The translations under genes and the position numbers were made by a program. Source: Selaginella moellendorffii (Eukaryota > Plantae > Lycopodiophyta). Taken from it: a DNA stretch of 64,000 nucleotides. The stretch is from the NCBI RefSeq assembly GCF_000143415.4, contig NW_003314334.1:741891-805890 (forward strand), written 5' to 3'. This document shows, piece after piece, positions 37,289-49,499 of this stretch. The notes beneath the pieces are model-generated. The model had not been told where the DNA came from, did not search any database, and worked only from the letters and a program-made list of their open reading frames with translations. Position 1 is the first letter of the stretch; every line of letters begins with the position of its first letter.

Positions 37289-38015
37289 GCTGAGAGCTAT
37301 TTGCTTTGAACCGAAAGTTACACTCAGACAGTCTCATGGATTCACCTCGGGTTTATTGTGTTCCATGAGGCACTTGTCGGTACGAGTAAAAGAAGTCATG
37401 GTGCTACTGCTTTGTACTTCCTCAAAGAGTAACGGCATAAACGCTTTGGCTTCTTTGTGCAGTCACACATACAACACGTATTTCCTGAAGCGGCTGGTCT
37501 CCAAGACGTGATGGTCGTAGAGATTGTGGAGGCTTTGTTAGAGGTCCTTATTTAAGTGCGAGCCATCTTTTGCAGGTCACTGGTTGACGCTACCAGGAAA
37601 TGCTAGAGGATGGGTGCATCCTCCAGTCACCATTTGATGGATGTTAGTGCAGGTAAAAGAATTATTGCTAGAAACTCTTATAACTTTCTTGTGTCTTTTT
37701 TGAATTTCCAGACACTGGACATCCGCATTTGCTGGATATGATTGCTTTGAGAATTACTTGCGAGTGCAGACATGTTAGTTGTTCTCTTATTCTTGTTTGT
37801 CTTGCTAGCTCTCAGCTCAGACTTGCCTAAGAGCATTGGCATACATGGAGCCAGAAAAACATCAAAGCCTTGACAAGCCCAATGGACGAGCCTTTGATGC
37901 GAAGACTGTAGGACAAAATGCTTGACACGGTTGGATACCTAATAGTGCAGAAAGCTTCATTGTACTTCGGAATTGCTTGCAGCCTATATAGCCAGCTTTC
38001 AATCACTTGCATAGA
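37289..38015 (+). pseudogene. Copy of the unidentified multi-exon relic
   Basis: Direct paralog of 7965-8720. Confidence 0.45.
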
Positions 38016-38076
38016 CAAAAAAACTAGAGTGCATTTAGCAAGAAAAAAACATACAAGAAGAGCTGCTTTCTATCTT

Positions 38077-39522
38077 CTATTTCTTGCGAAAGAATGCAAT
38101 GAAGAAAGCTACATTTGCACACGCAGTAGTAATGGCTCCCGTGAGATGGGCGTAGTCCGTCTCCCAATGGGAGAAAATTCCCCACAGCAAAGCTGACACA
38201 AGAGAAAACAGTGAGAACCCGAAGTACAGAAATGACCGTGGGAAACCAAGCCGAAGAACTCCGCGCAGGCCAAGAGGAAAGGCCGATGCTACGACGTAGA
38301 TTCCCGCTGTGACCCAGACGCGTGGCGGCTGGTGCTGAAACGCGAGCGAAAACCCAGGAGACGCAAGGCTGAGCACCAGCGAAGAACACAGTATCGCGAC
38401 TCCTCGTCCCCGTCCAGCAGGCAGCTTGGCAATCACCGTAAGCAGCCCAAACACACAGAAGAAACCTGAGAATGCAGCGACGAAGGCCGACACGATAGCC
38501 AAGTGGTGGTAGTCTATGAGATCCCTGTTCCACTTCTCCACCATAGCAACCGCATTGAGGCTGGAAAGTGCCAGGAGAGCCAAGAGAGGGGACAACGACC
38601 TCAGCATATCGTCACCTGAAGATCCTCGAGCTTGAGCATCACCTGCCTGGGCATTGCCGCCAGTAGCAGCAAGTAGCACAGCACCAGCTCCCGCAAGTGG
38701 CACAGCAGCAGCCACACCAGGGTCTCCCTCATGAGCCATCACACCAGCATCTCCCTCAGCAGGTGTGTCTCCCATGGACACGCTATCTCCTCCCTGAGCC
38801 GTCTCAACAATCTTGTCTCCCGTGGGCACATCTCCCTCCGTCACAATGATCCCCGTGAGATCTTCACCTGGATGGACATCTCCTTCACCCACGCACTCGT
38901 CCTGTGCACCAGTGTCTCGCTCACCTGCAGCAGCGTTTCCCTCAGTTGGACCAGCAGCAGCGTCTTGCTCCGGCATATCCACAACGATGTTGGTAGCGTC
39001 TCCCTCCGGCATGGCAGCGGCGGCTCCCTCCAGCACATTTGCAACACCAGCGTCTTCCTCCGGCATGCCACCGGTGTCTCCCTCCAGCACATTTGCAACG
39101 CCAGCGTCTCCCACATCCACAAAGATCCTAGTCGCCTCTTGGCCACCAATTTGAGCCGCGCCATCGCCCAGAACACCACCGCGCGCTGGATCCACGCCCA
39201 GAACACCACCGCGCGCTGGATCCACTCCATGGCAAAACGCTGCTAGCGCTATCGAAGCCACTAGAGAAGACAGCATTGACAAAAATCCTAGCCAGAAGAT
39301 TCGTGATTTGGTGATCTCCTCGGCAGGAATCGCGTCTGTAGGAACCTTGTGTGCCTGATGCTGGAACGGATCCAAGAATGCTGGCACTGGCGTTGTGGGG
39401 AAGTATATCTTGCTCCAGAGGATCCAGACCACGAGCCCAAATGCAATCACGCCCACAGCTCCAAGCCGACCGCGTCTTGCTCCCCGCAGCTCCAGACCGC
39501 GTCTTGCTCCTCGCAGCTCCAT
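38077..39522 (-). CDS. Orphan polytopic membrane protein, 481 aa, intronless (2 N-terminal TM, acidic Gly/Ala repeat linker, ~6 C-terminal TM)
   Basis: Single ATG-to-stop ORF with hydrophobic stretches and internal repeats ELRGARRG x2, GVDPARGGVL x2 and DAGVANVLEG x2. Confidence 0.7.
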   Translation of the reverse strand: MELRGARRGLELRGARRGRLGAVGVIAFGLVVWILWSKIYFPTTPVPAFLDPFQHQAHKVPTDAIPAEEITKSRIFWLGFLSMLSSLVASIALAAFCHGVDPARGGVLGVDPARGGVLGDGAAQIGGQEATRIFVDVGDAGVANVLEGDTGGMPEEDAGVANVLEGAAAAMPEGDATNIVVDMPEQDAAAGPTEGNAAAGERDTGAQDECVGEGDVHPGEDLTGIIVTEGDVPTGDKIVETAQGGDSVSMGDTPAEGDAGVMAHEGDPGVAAAVPLAGAGAVLLAATGGNAQAGDAQARGSSGDDMLRSLSPLLALLALSSLNAVAMVEKWNRDLIDYHHLAIVSAFVAAFSGFFCVFGLLTVIAKLPAGRGRGVAILCSSLVLSLASPGFSLAFQHQPPRVWVTAGIYVVASAFPLGLRGVLRLGFPRSFLYFGFSLFSLVSALLWGIFSHWETDYAHLTGAITTACANVAFFIAFFRKK

Positions 39523-39629
39523 TAGGTCTTGGAGAATGGCACAAGATCTTCGCGTTTAAGAACACACACCCTCATATGTCCTAGAACCGACCAAGATCTC
39601 AAAAAAGAATAAGAGCGTCCTTCTTTGAT

Positions 39630-40530
39630 ATCTTGGAGTGGCTTCGTAGAAAAGAATGTAGCTTTTTGCTCAGGCTTTCACAAATCCAGTGGCTTTCTCC
39701 GGCCTCCGGCCTTCATTCTGTGCACATCTATGAAGCTTGTGGAAAATGTGACAATACCTCTAGTTGCGCTGAAACAGTCCCTGCGAGCTCCCGACTGAAC
39801 AGATTGACACGAATCTGTACAAGGAATTGTCATGACACGCCTACCTGAATGGATCGCAATCGCAGCAGAAGTTCTGGAACGCAGCAAGCTCTCTTCTATT
39901 GCAGGAAATGATCTAAGAAGAAGAACAAGATGCAAGAACAGTGCTGGGATTAAATAAGCACAAACTTTGAGGCAGCAGACTGACCAGATCTCGAGAACCT
40001 TAAAAGAAAACCTGATAGTCCTCAGGCAGAAGTACAGGTTCGTAAGTCTACTACTTCTTTAAGCTCTGAAAGATGTCCAGAAAGTAGTGACGTTAGTGAC
40101 CAAGAACGACAAGGAAATCAACAGCAGTATTTCATTATCAACGATATACCTGTGTTTGTCAAGAGAGTACGCAACTGTGTCCGAATCTGGTAGACCTGCT
40201 CGAGAAGTAAAGTCCATTTATTGCACAGAATGTCCTGTCTGTAAGTTCGACTCTCTTTGTATCTTCAGCTTTCAATTAACGGATGTTTTGAGTTCACGAG
40301 ACTTCTCAAAGAAACTAGAGAAGCATCGCATTACCAAATAGCCGTCACGGACGTAGAATGGCATTGCTGAGGAAAGCCATCTCACTGAGGTCAGATTGAT
40401 TTAGACAAACAAAGATACTATGTACCTGTCATTCTGCCGTGCTCCATCATATGCACGTAAAGATCCGCACCAGCTAGATTAGAGGCATAAGGACGAGGAG
40501 CTCCATGAGTATTTCCGCGGTACTTTCCTG
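39630..40530 (-). pseudogene. NUP107: Partial NUP107 C-terminal relic (duplicate of 10330-11235)
   Basis: Near-identical to 10330-11235. Confidence 0.65.
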
Positions 40531-40669
40531 CAGGAATGTGGAAAAAGCGCATTCAGCCTCATTAGCGCCTGGACCAAACTATGTAGATCATGAAACAACA
40601 CTTACACCAAATTGCCCCCCAAACCTGAAATACATCCTGAGATACATCCTGTGTGCAAAATGCGATAAA

Positions 40670-43600
40670 TACCTCTAGCTGACTGCCGCTAAACAGTCCC
40701 TGAAGAGCTCCCGACGCAACCAGTCAGGATTATCACTTGCTGTCATTTCAAGACCGGAAGCCAGCCACGAATCTGAAACGAAGCTCCAGAGCAAGAAATT
40801 GCAATTTAAACCTGACGCACCTCCATGCATCGTAGCACAAGTTCTGGAAAGCAGCAACGACGGCAAATAAATCACGAATGGAGCATCCCGGCGTACACCA
40901 TCCGAGTGAATAGAAAACGCATCCATTCGAAAAACTTCAGGATGAAAATGTGGAAGTTCTCCTGCAACAAAAGGAAAAAGAGAAGAAATTAATCCTGATG
41001 TCCAGGGCGAAAAGTAAACCTTCAATGACAAAAATCCACCATCACTTGTTACAAGTGATTCAATGCCTTCCCCTTCAAGAGCCGCACATTTGAGCTCTAT
41101 ATCCAGTAACATATTGCTCTGAGGATTGACAGCCACATTCACCTGTTTCACTCAAGTCGTAAGGTTACAAAAAACGCCAGATAGAAGTTCTCTTTACCGT
41201 TAAGTTGCGTTGAATGGAAGCCAGCTCTCCCGAGCAAAAATGCAATGCGCTGTTCGGAGCAGTGCAAACTGTAGGATCTGGAGCAAATCAAGGATCCGAT
41301 GATCTCCAAAAAACGACAGTGGAAAATAGTTCCACGGATTGGAAGGCTTCATCGTTGGTGAGAAGCCACTTTCATTCGCTACCTGAAAACGAAAATGTGA
41401 AAACAAAATAGGAAGAAGCAAAATAAGATAGCTTACTGTGAAGAAAAGCAGTAGCTGTGTCAAGAGCTTGTTTTGCAGTAGCAAAGGACCTTGCTCTTTC
41501 TTCAGGTGAAATGCAGTTCTCAATTGTTGATAGCCAGCTTCGATAATGTGCGTCACAAGAAAAGTATTCTTGCTGAAAAAACGAAGTCCCGGGAAAAAAA
41601 AATACAAAAAACAAAAACAGGCAGCAACGTTCTTTTTTTTAATGGCTCTGCTTTCTCCTTCCGAAATCTCAACACTGCACCATAGCGGCGTTAGCGAGAT
41701 CTCTCGGAAAACCAAACGCTGTTGGAATTCTGCCATACAACGGGAGGCTGCCGCAGCTCCATCATATCCACGTAAAGATCTGAGAGGGATGAGGGCCAAC
41801 GAGCTCTTCCTTGTGTTGCGTGAATACAAACCTCACGTACCTAAAAGAATAACATAAACAATAAGTGGAAGTGAAATCGATCATACGTGCTCAGGATTCA
41901 ATCTCCAGCCAATTCAAGCCTGTCCCCGTATTGTCCTTCAATCCTTCCGCAGAACCAGATGTGCGGCGAAACGAATCATTTGAGGATGCCTGTGTGGCCT
42001 GAGAGAAACTCAGCTTAACGCACAATGATCAAAGCCTACGTACTTGACGTTAGAATTGTCGTCTACATTTCCAATACCGGTGCTATATCAGAGACCACGA
42101 GGTGCATCTGTCCAACACAACAGCTGCGTCTCACAACCAGATTCCCAAGTCACGATGAAACAAAATGTGTACCCAGAGTAGAGCTTTTGAAACAAGTTGA
42201 TAAAATCACAAGGCAACAGGCTCGGCACAAGTGGAAGATAAATCGATCGCGCTTAAAAGATGGCGGTGAGAAAGCTCTCCATGACCTTACAAGAGCGAAC
42301 ACGTTGGCTTTTTTTCAGATTAGAATCACAGCACAATACCTCGCAGTTGGCGTCAACACATGTGTTTTACATTGCAGCAAAAACGGGACTCTCGTATCTC
42401 CCCCCCTTCACTTGACGCTATTTTCTGGAACACCTTGTTTGGAAACACAAACACAAGTTCAAGCCCATACCTCGGAAGCACAAAAGCAAGCCCACTTCCA
42501 TATCCTCCTTCCTCCATCAAGCCCTGTAGCGTCTAAAGGAATGAGCAGTCATGCAGCCAGCTCTCCACGCCTGATAGTGCAAGATAGCTGTGTCATTAAT
42601 TCAAGAAAATAAGAAACTGGTTTTTGCTCGAGAATCACCAGGAGCTTGGATTTGAGCAGCGCGAGTGCTTTATCTTGTTTTGAAGTTGGCTTCTCTACTC
42701 TAGTATCACAAGAAAAACAAAGAAAGTTTTAGAACACTGCTTGCTGAAGAAATTCTAGAAACATTTGTTTCATGTACCTGAGCAACGAAGAGTAATCCCT
42801 GTTGGACACAGGTCCTGCGCTTCTGCGTTTCTTCCAGCTCGGATGAGATTCCGCACATCTCTAAAAGATTATGTTCCAGTTTCTGCGACAAATACGATAC
42901 ACGTAAGAAGACCCGTAAGAGCGTAGTACCTGATCTTCGGGATGCAACCTGGAGTTGGAGCATCAAGATCCAAATGTCGAACATAGTGAGTTCCGATATT
43001 TTTTTTGATAGCCCGTGTTATCGCACGAGCCTAGCTTCTGAGGGTATAGGCCCGCCTTCCTGTAGCGATAACATTTGTAGACACGAATATACTCCATGCA
43101 AGAGTTTTACCTTTTTTTCTAAATCCAATTCCTTGGACGCCAAACTCTCGAGACAAGACAAAGACAAGTCTGATCGTTTCCTGTAAACCCGGACTGCGCT
43201 TTCAAAAAACAATAAAGTCAGTCCCACTGAAACGTAATAAGCGATGCTACCTTTTCCATACAAATGCCAATGAAAAACCCATGATGAAGACTCGGAAGTT
43301 TGCAATTGAGCCTTCTGACGTAGCCCTGTCTTTTACAGCTCGATGGCTGCCTCGTCTCTGTAAAGAAAAAGCCGCTAAACTTCCAGTCGTCCTCAACAAA
43401 TCGTTTCATTTCCGCTAGATCCCGGCCAAACTCGCTCAAGAGCTCGGGCAGAGACGTGATGCCTGTCAAAGAAAAACATAAGCCGAGTTGTATGGCTTGA
43501 GAAACAAAAGTGGTAAACCGGGTTACACCAGAAGCAAAGCGCTCAAATGAATCTTATCTGGTTCCTAGAGACCAGATACGGGTGAAAAGAGAGAACTTAG

Positions 43601-43880
43601 CACCAAAAACCGAAACCACACCTCTTTGATTCGTGGAGCAGCAAATGGGGACTCTTGGGCTCTTCAGGAAAGCTAGGAATCTTTGGCTCGGGACGCATTT
43701 CACCAGCATTCTCACAGGAAGAAGAGAGAACGAGAAAAACATACCTGTATCGCCGGCAATGCCACCAAAAACCCTCTTTACAAGTAAAAATCTCATGGTT
43801 TTGAGCGTCTGGTTAGTTAAGCCAGTAAGAGCGCGTCTGGTTAGGCTAACAAGAGCTGTTAGCGGCCGGATCGGAATGTC
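40670..43880 (-). pseudogene. NUP107: NUP107 near-full-length degenerate copy (duplicate of 11340-14580)
   Basis: Same ORF set as 11354-14679; retains RRIWKWACFCASE. Confidence 0.85.
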
Positions 43881-44056
43881 CACGATCCACCGGCTGGTGC
43901 CGGTTCAAACGCAAAATCTCACTTACAGAAGGCTCTTCAAATAACTTAATACTTATTCAATGTTTCACTATTTTACTGTTATTTTCCAAAAACCCAGAAA
44001 ATATACTTGACCTGTTTGATAATATTATTGTTTTAGATTGCCCTTCAAACGTATTC

Positions 44057-44212
44057 AAACGTTTTTGCTGCTCAGTGTGGCAATGTAAACCACATGTGTT
44101 GACGCCAACTGCGAGGTATTGTGCTGTGATTCTAATCTGAAAAAAACCAACGTGTTCGCTCTTGTAAGGTCATCTTTTAAGCGCGATCGATTCATCTTCC
44201 ACTTCTGCCGAG
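44057..44212 (+). pseudogene. NUP107: Small NUP107 fragment in the opposite orientation
   Basis: VFAAQCGNVNH (cf. the NUP107 A.QCSN motif) followed by the intron seen at 12970-13020. Confidence 0.7.
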
Positions 44213-44214
44213 GA

Positions 44215-44725
44215 CGCTTGTCAAGTCTTTGATGTTTTTCTGGCTCCATGTATGCCAATGCTCTTAGGCAAGTCCGAGCTGAGAGCTAGCAAGACAAACA
44301 AGAATAAGAGAACAATTAACTTGTCTCCACTCGCAAGTAAATTTCAAAGCAATTGATCCAGCAAATATGGATGTCCGGTGTCTGGATTATCAACAAAGAC
44401 ACAAGAAAGTTATAAGAGTTTCTAGCAATAATTCTTTTACCTGCACTAACATCTATCAAATGGTGACTGGAGGATGCATCCATCCTCTAGCATTTCCTGG
44501 TAGCGTCAACCAGTGACCTGCAAAGATGGCTCACCACCTCTAACGTTTATGCCTTTACTCTTTGAGGAAGTACAAAGCAGTACCTGGCTCGCTCACATTG
44601 ATTCCAACACCATTGACTTCTTTTACCTCGTACTGACAAGTGCCTCATGGAACACAATAAGCTCGAGGTGAATCCATGAGACTGTCCGAGTGTAACTTTC
44701 GGTTCAAAGCGAATAGCTCTCAGCC
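44215..44725 (-). pseudogene. Inverted copy of the unidentified relic
   Basis: Reverse complement of 7965-8540 with an internal deletion. Confidence 0.5.
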
Positions 44726-44782
44726 TCATCATCCACATCCTTTTCTTGTTATTTATAGGATTACATATTAGGGCTTGATAGT

Positions 44783-45639
44783 ATGGAGATTACTAGTACG
44801 AGTGTTCCATTGTGGTGGTTCTTCTTACCTGTTTCAATTATTATGACTTGGGCAATTAGTTTTTATGTTTTCACCATCTATATCACATTTTATCCTCCAA
44901 AGTGGAATTGCCCAAATGGTGTTCTTTATTGTCAAAGAGACTGCAATGCACTAAGCCCTAGCTACCATTGGGGCTTTACATCATATTACGTGGCCTATGC
45001 AAAAATTGGGCCAAAATACTCTGCCATAAGATATTGGCAACTTGTTTGCTTCACTCGTCATGTATATATATTTCTATCAGTAGGCTATATTATTGGAGGT
45101 AATATTAGAACAGTTGTATAAAATACTATTGCTAAACTGATTTTACAGTTATTATTGGAATCGTTACTCTCTTCCACTACAGGTGCTCTATGCTGGTTAG
45201 TATTTTTATTGGAGCAGCTAGTGCATTAGCCAGCACATATGTCTCAAATCGCTCCTGGTTTATTATTTGGCAAGTTTTGTCTGCAATAGCACATTCTTGT
45301 GCAGGAACATCAGCTGTAATGAGATGGTTCATGGAAACACCCTGTTTTATTAGTTGGAAAAGATGGCTTTTTCCAAATCATGGATTTGCCGACTGTCAGA
45401 GGGAAGATGACAACGTTATATGTGAAGTAATTGGTACATATCCTATAGGTTCTCTTTGTGTGCCAAGTTGCATACCTATCACTTTTGTGTGTAGACATTT
45501 ATATCCAGACTGGAGGTGGGGAAATAGGATGGTGTGTGTCATGGACTCTATTGTTGTTGTGGTGTTAGTGGGGGAAATGTTAGGACGAGTTTTGATGAAC
45601 AAAAGAAACAGTGGGAGAGTAGCAAATGTTTCCAATTAA
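44783..45639 (+). CDS. OCT/SLC22-like half-MFS membrane protein, 268 aa (exons 44783-45098, 45149-45639)
   Basis: Intact spliced frame; inverted near-identical duplicate of 7045-7901. Confidence 0.72.
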
Positions 45640-45791
45640 GTGTGTAATATTAAAGTGATCAAGAGAACTTTGGGATGGTTGAAACTAGAATTCATGTGCT
45701 GCCACAGATAATGCGAGTATTCAGAGAGTGTGGGTTTTTTAATATATAGCAGCATAGACTTCTGTGGTGACATTACGACTTTGCCAGTCAT

Positions 45792-45833
<42 letters not shown>

Positions 45834-45839
45834 TACCTC

Positions 45840-46200
45840 GGAATATCAACTTAGACTGTTTCATTATGCTAATGCGTTTTTCCAATTATTATTAGAGTTA
45901 TTATTACTCTCTTACACTGTTTGCTGGTTAGTATTTTTATTGGAGTACATTAGCAAGCATATATGTCTCAAATATGGTTTATCATTTTGTCTGCAACAGC
46001 ACATTCTTGTGAAGGAAGATCAGCCATAATGAGGTTGTTCATAGAAGCACCTTGTTTTCTTTTCCAAATCATAGGTTTGCAGGTGCCCAGGGGATGATCA
46101 CAACAATATATGTGAAGTGATTGGTGGATATGCTATGGTTTCTTTATGCGAGCCAGGTTGCATACCTTGTGTAGACGTCTAGGATGGTCTGCGTTGTGTG
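45840..46200 (+). pseudogene. Degenerate exon-2 relic of the OCT-like family
   Basis: Inverted duplicate of 6420-6795. Confidence 0.7.
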
Positions 46201-46439
46201 GTGTTAATGAACAAAAGATATATTGCAATCCACAATGTTCCCGATCCTCTTCTTTAATTCACACTTACTGTTGAAGTGTCGCTTTGAGGATCCAAAAACA
46301 CAGAATTTTGGTCCTGAACAAGCGAATCGATTTGCTTTCTGAAGGTAAACTTAAGAAAGTGCCGACTGAAGAACGCACCGCTTATAGGTCCCTCAAAAGA
46401 AAAAGAGAAAAAAGGCATTTGAAACACATAAAATCTTAC

Positions 46440-46672
46440 GGCTGTGGAAGCTTGACAGGGCACAGGGCATTCAGCATGCTGTGCAGCATAGTCACTCACG
46501 CTTCCCAGGAACGTCCTGTCCAAATCCACGGTTTGAGGAATGCAAACTAGAGCTTTTTGGCGAACCTTTTCACCATTCCAATGCCTCGGCTTCCCAGTAT
46601 TAACATTGTTGGAGGCCACTCGTTGACAGCTTCTAGCAGCTTTTCTTGGGCATCCCCTTTCTTGGATACAAT
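46440..46672 (-). pseudogene. USP C-terminal exons (duplicate)
   Basis: TFLGSVSDYAAQHAECPV; inverted paralog of 5667-5998. Confidence 0.85.
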
Positions 46673-46724
46673 CAGTTTTGTAGAAAAAGAAATCATGAGC
46701 TAGTCAAAAGTTTATCACAAAGTA

Positions 46725-48235
46725 CCTTAACGGGACTCACTCGACGCTATTTTCTGGAACACCTTGTTTGGAAACACAAACACAAGTTCAAGTCCATACC
46801 TCGGAAGCACAAAAGCAAGCCCACTTCCATATCCTCCTTCCTCCATCAAGCTCTGTAGCGTCTAAAGCGCGCTCGTTGAATGAGCAGTCATGCAGCCAGC
46901 TCTCCACGCCTGATAATGAAAGATAGCTGTGTCATTAATTCAAGAAAATAAGCAACTGGGTTTTGCTCGGGAATCACCAGGAGCTTGGATTTGAGCAGTG
47001 CGAGTGCTTTATCTTGTTTTGAAGTTGGCTTCTCTCCTCTAGTATCACAAGAAAAACGAAAAAAGTTTTAGAACACTGCTTGCTTAAGATGTCTAGAAAC
47101 ATTTGTTTCATGTAGCTGAGCAACGAAGAGCAATCCCTGTTGGACACAGGTCCTGCGCCTCTGCGTTTCTTCCAGCTCGGATGAGATTCCGCACATCTCT
47201 CAAAGATTATGTTCCAGTTTCTGCGATAAATACGATACACGTAAGAAGAGGACCCCGTAAGAGCGTAGTACCTGATCTTCGGGATGCAACCTGGAGTTGG
47301 AGCATCAGGATCCAAATGTCGAACATAGTGAGTTCCGATATTTTTTTGATAGCCCGTGTTATCCCACGAGCCTAGCTTCTGAGTGTATAGGCCCGCCTTC
47401 CTGTAGCGATAACATTTGTAAACACGAATATACTCCATGCAAGAGTTTTACCTTCTTTTCTAAATTCAATTCCTTTAGACGCCAGACTCTCGAGACAAGA
47501 CAAAGACAAGTGTAAACCCGGACTGCGCTTTCAAAAAACAATAAAGTCAGTCCCGTTGAAACGTAATAAGCGATGCTACCTTTTCCATACAAATGCCAAT
47601 GAAGAACCCATGGTGAAGACTCGGAAGTTTGCAATTGAGCCTTCTGATGGAGCCCTGTCTTTTACAGCTCGATGCTTCTCAGCTGCCTCGTCTCCGTAAA
47701 GAAAAAGCCGCTCAACTTCCAGTCGTCCTCAACAAATCGTTTCACCTGACTGCCTCCGCTAGATCCCGGCCAAACTCGCTCAAGGGCTTGGGCAGAGACG
47801 TGAAGCCTGTCAAAGAAAAACGTAAGTTGAGTTGTATAGCTTGAGAAACAAAAGTGGTAAACCGGGTTACACCAGAAGCAAAGCGCTCAAATGAATCTTA
47901 TCTGGTTCCTAGAGACCAGATACGGGTGAAAAGAGAGAACTTAGCACCAAAAACCAAAACCACACCTCTTTGATTCGTGGAGCAGCAAATGGGGACTCTT
48001 GGGCTCTTCAGGAAAGCTAGGAATCTTTGGCTCGGGACGCATTTCACCAGCATTCTCACAGGAAGAAGAGAGAACGAGAAAAACATACCTGTATCGCCGG
48101 CAATGCCACCAAAAACCCTCTTTACAAGTAAAAATCTCATGGTTTTGAGCGTCTGGTTAGTTAAGCCAGTAAGAGCGCGTCTGGTTAGGCTAACAAGAGC
48201 TGTTAGCGGCCGGATCGGAATGTCCACCTCCAACT
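46725..48235 (-). pseudogene. NUP107: NUP107 N-half relic fused to USP exons
   Basis: Inverted paralog of 4100-5610; WDNTGYQKNIGTHYVRHLDPDAPT. Confidence 0.85.
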
Positions 48236-48589
48236 TTACGATCCACTGCCGTTCAAACGCACTTCCACAAATCAAATAATTAATAAGTTCCGCTATTTTA
48301 CTGTTATTTTCCAAAATACGTTTGAAGGGCAACAATAAATAATTTATATAATCAAACAGGGCAAAACCACTTTTCTGGGCTTATAAGCTAAATCAAACTT
48401 TTTTCTTGGGATTGGAACTCGGAGCAAGATGCTTGCTATTAGAATTACTTTAGAAGCTCTTGTCTATACACTTATCTACATGTAAGCAGCTATAAAATTA
48501 CAATTAACTGGAATTGTCACTAGAAATAATCAAGTTTATAAATCTACGCATAAATTATAAATCTATAATATCAATTTTTCATAACTTAG

Positions 48590-49015
48590 ACTGTTTTATT
48601 ATTTGTATAGAAATTACTAATGTGTTTTCCAATTATTATTGGAGTTATTAACTCTAGGTGCTGTATGCTGGTTAGTAGAATAGTTAGTACATTAGCAAGC
48701 ATATACATCTCAAATCACTCATGGTTTATCATTTTGTTTACAACAGCACATTCTTGTGAAGGAAGATCATCTATAATGAGGTGGTTCATAAAAGCACTTT
48801 GTTTTCTTGGCTACCAACGATGGCTTTTTCCAAATCATGGGTTTTCAGGCGACAATATATATGTATAAGGTGATTGGTGGGCGTTCTCGCGCAGCACAGC
48901 CTGATCGGAGAGGCGCAAGAGATTTACGAGAGCATGCCCGAGTGTGATCTCATGGATATCCTATGATTTCTTTATGCAAGCTAGGTTGCATATTTTTTGT
49001 AGACGATGCCACAAT
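48590..49015 (+). pseudogene. OCT-like exon-2 relic containing a short PPR-derived insertion
   Basis: MLVSRIVSTLASIYISNHSWFIILFTTAHSCEGRSSIMRWFIKALCFLGYQRWLFPNHGF. Confidence 0.75.
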
Positions 49016-49499
49016 AGCCATATGGACGTGGGAACAGAGGGGGAGAGTACGGAGGATATATTACTGTCTTTATCTCTCTGCAGTCCTTCCTCACCGTTCT
49101 CACGCTCACATCTCCCCATCCCATGCTCGCGAGTAGCTCGGATTCTTGCAAACTAAGCCAAGTATGTTGAGTTAAATAGACATTTATTCCTTCTTTATGC
49201 TTGTGCAGTAAAATACAGATGTGAAGTCTAATTTAGTAACACTTAACAAAAAACAATATCAAAGTTGATCTTTTGCGATGCAGTTTTAAAAGCATCTTTT
49301 TTTTTTCTTCCTTGTTTTTCTTGAGGACCGAGCTAATAGTGTTTTGAAAACCTCGATCAGTTTTTGTTCCTCATTCGTTTGCTTTCCTTCATGCAGACGT
49401 TCCAAAGTTCTCACAATCGATCTTCAACACAAACCCATGGTAAATGTCGATGTTAAAGGGAAATCCATCTTTAGGTAGCTGTTTGTGAACTTGAACACG

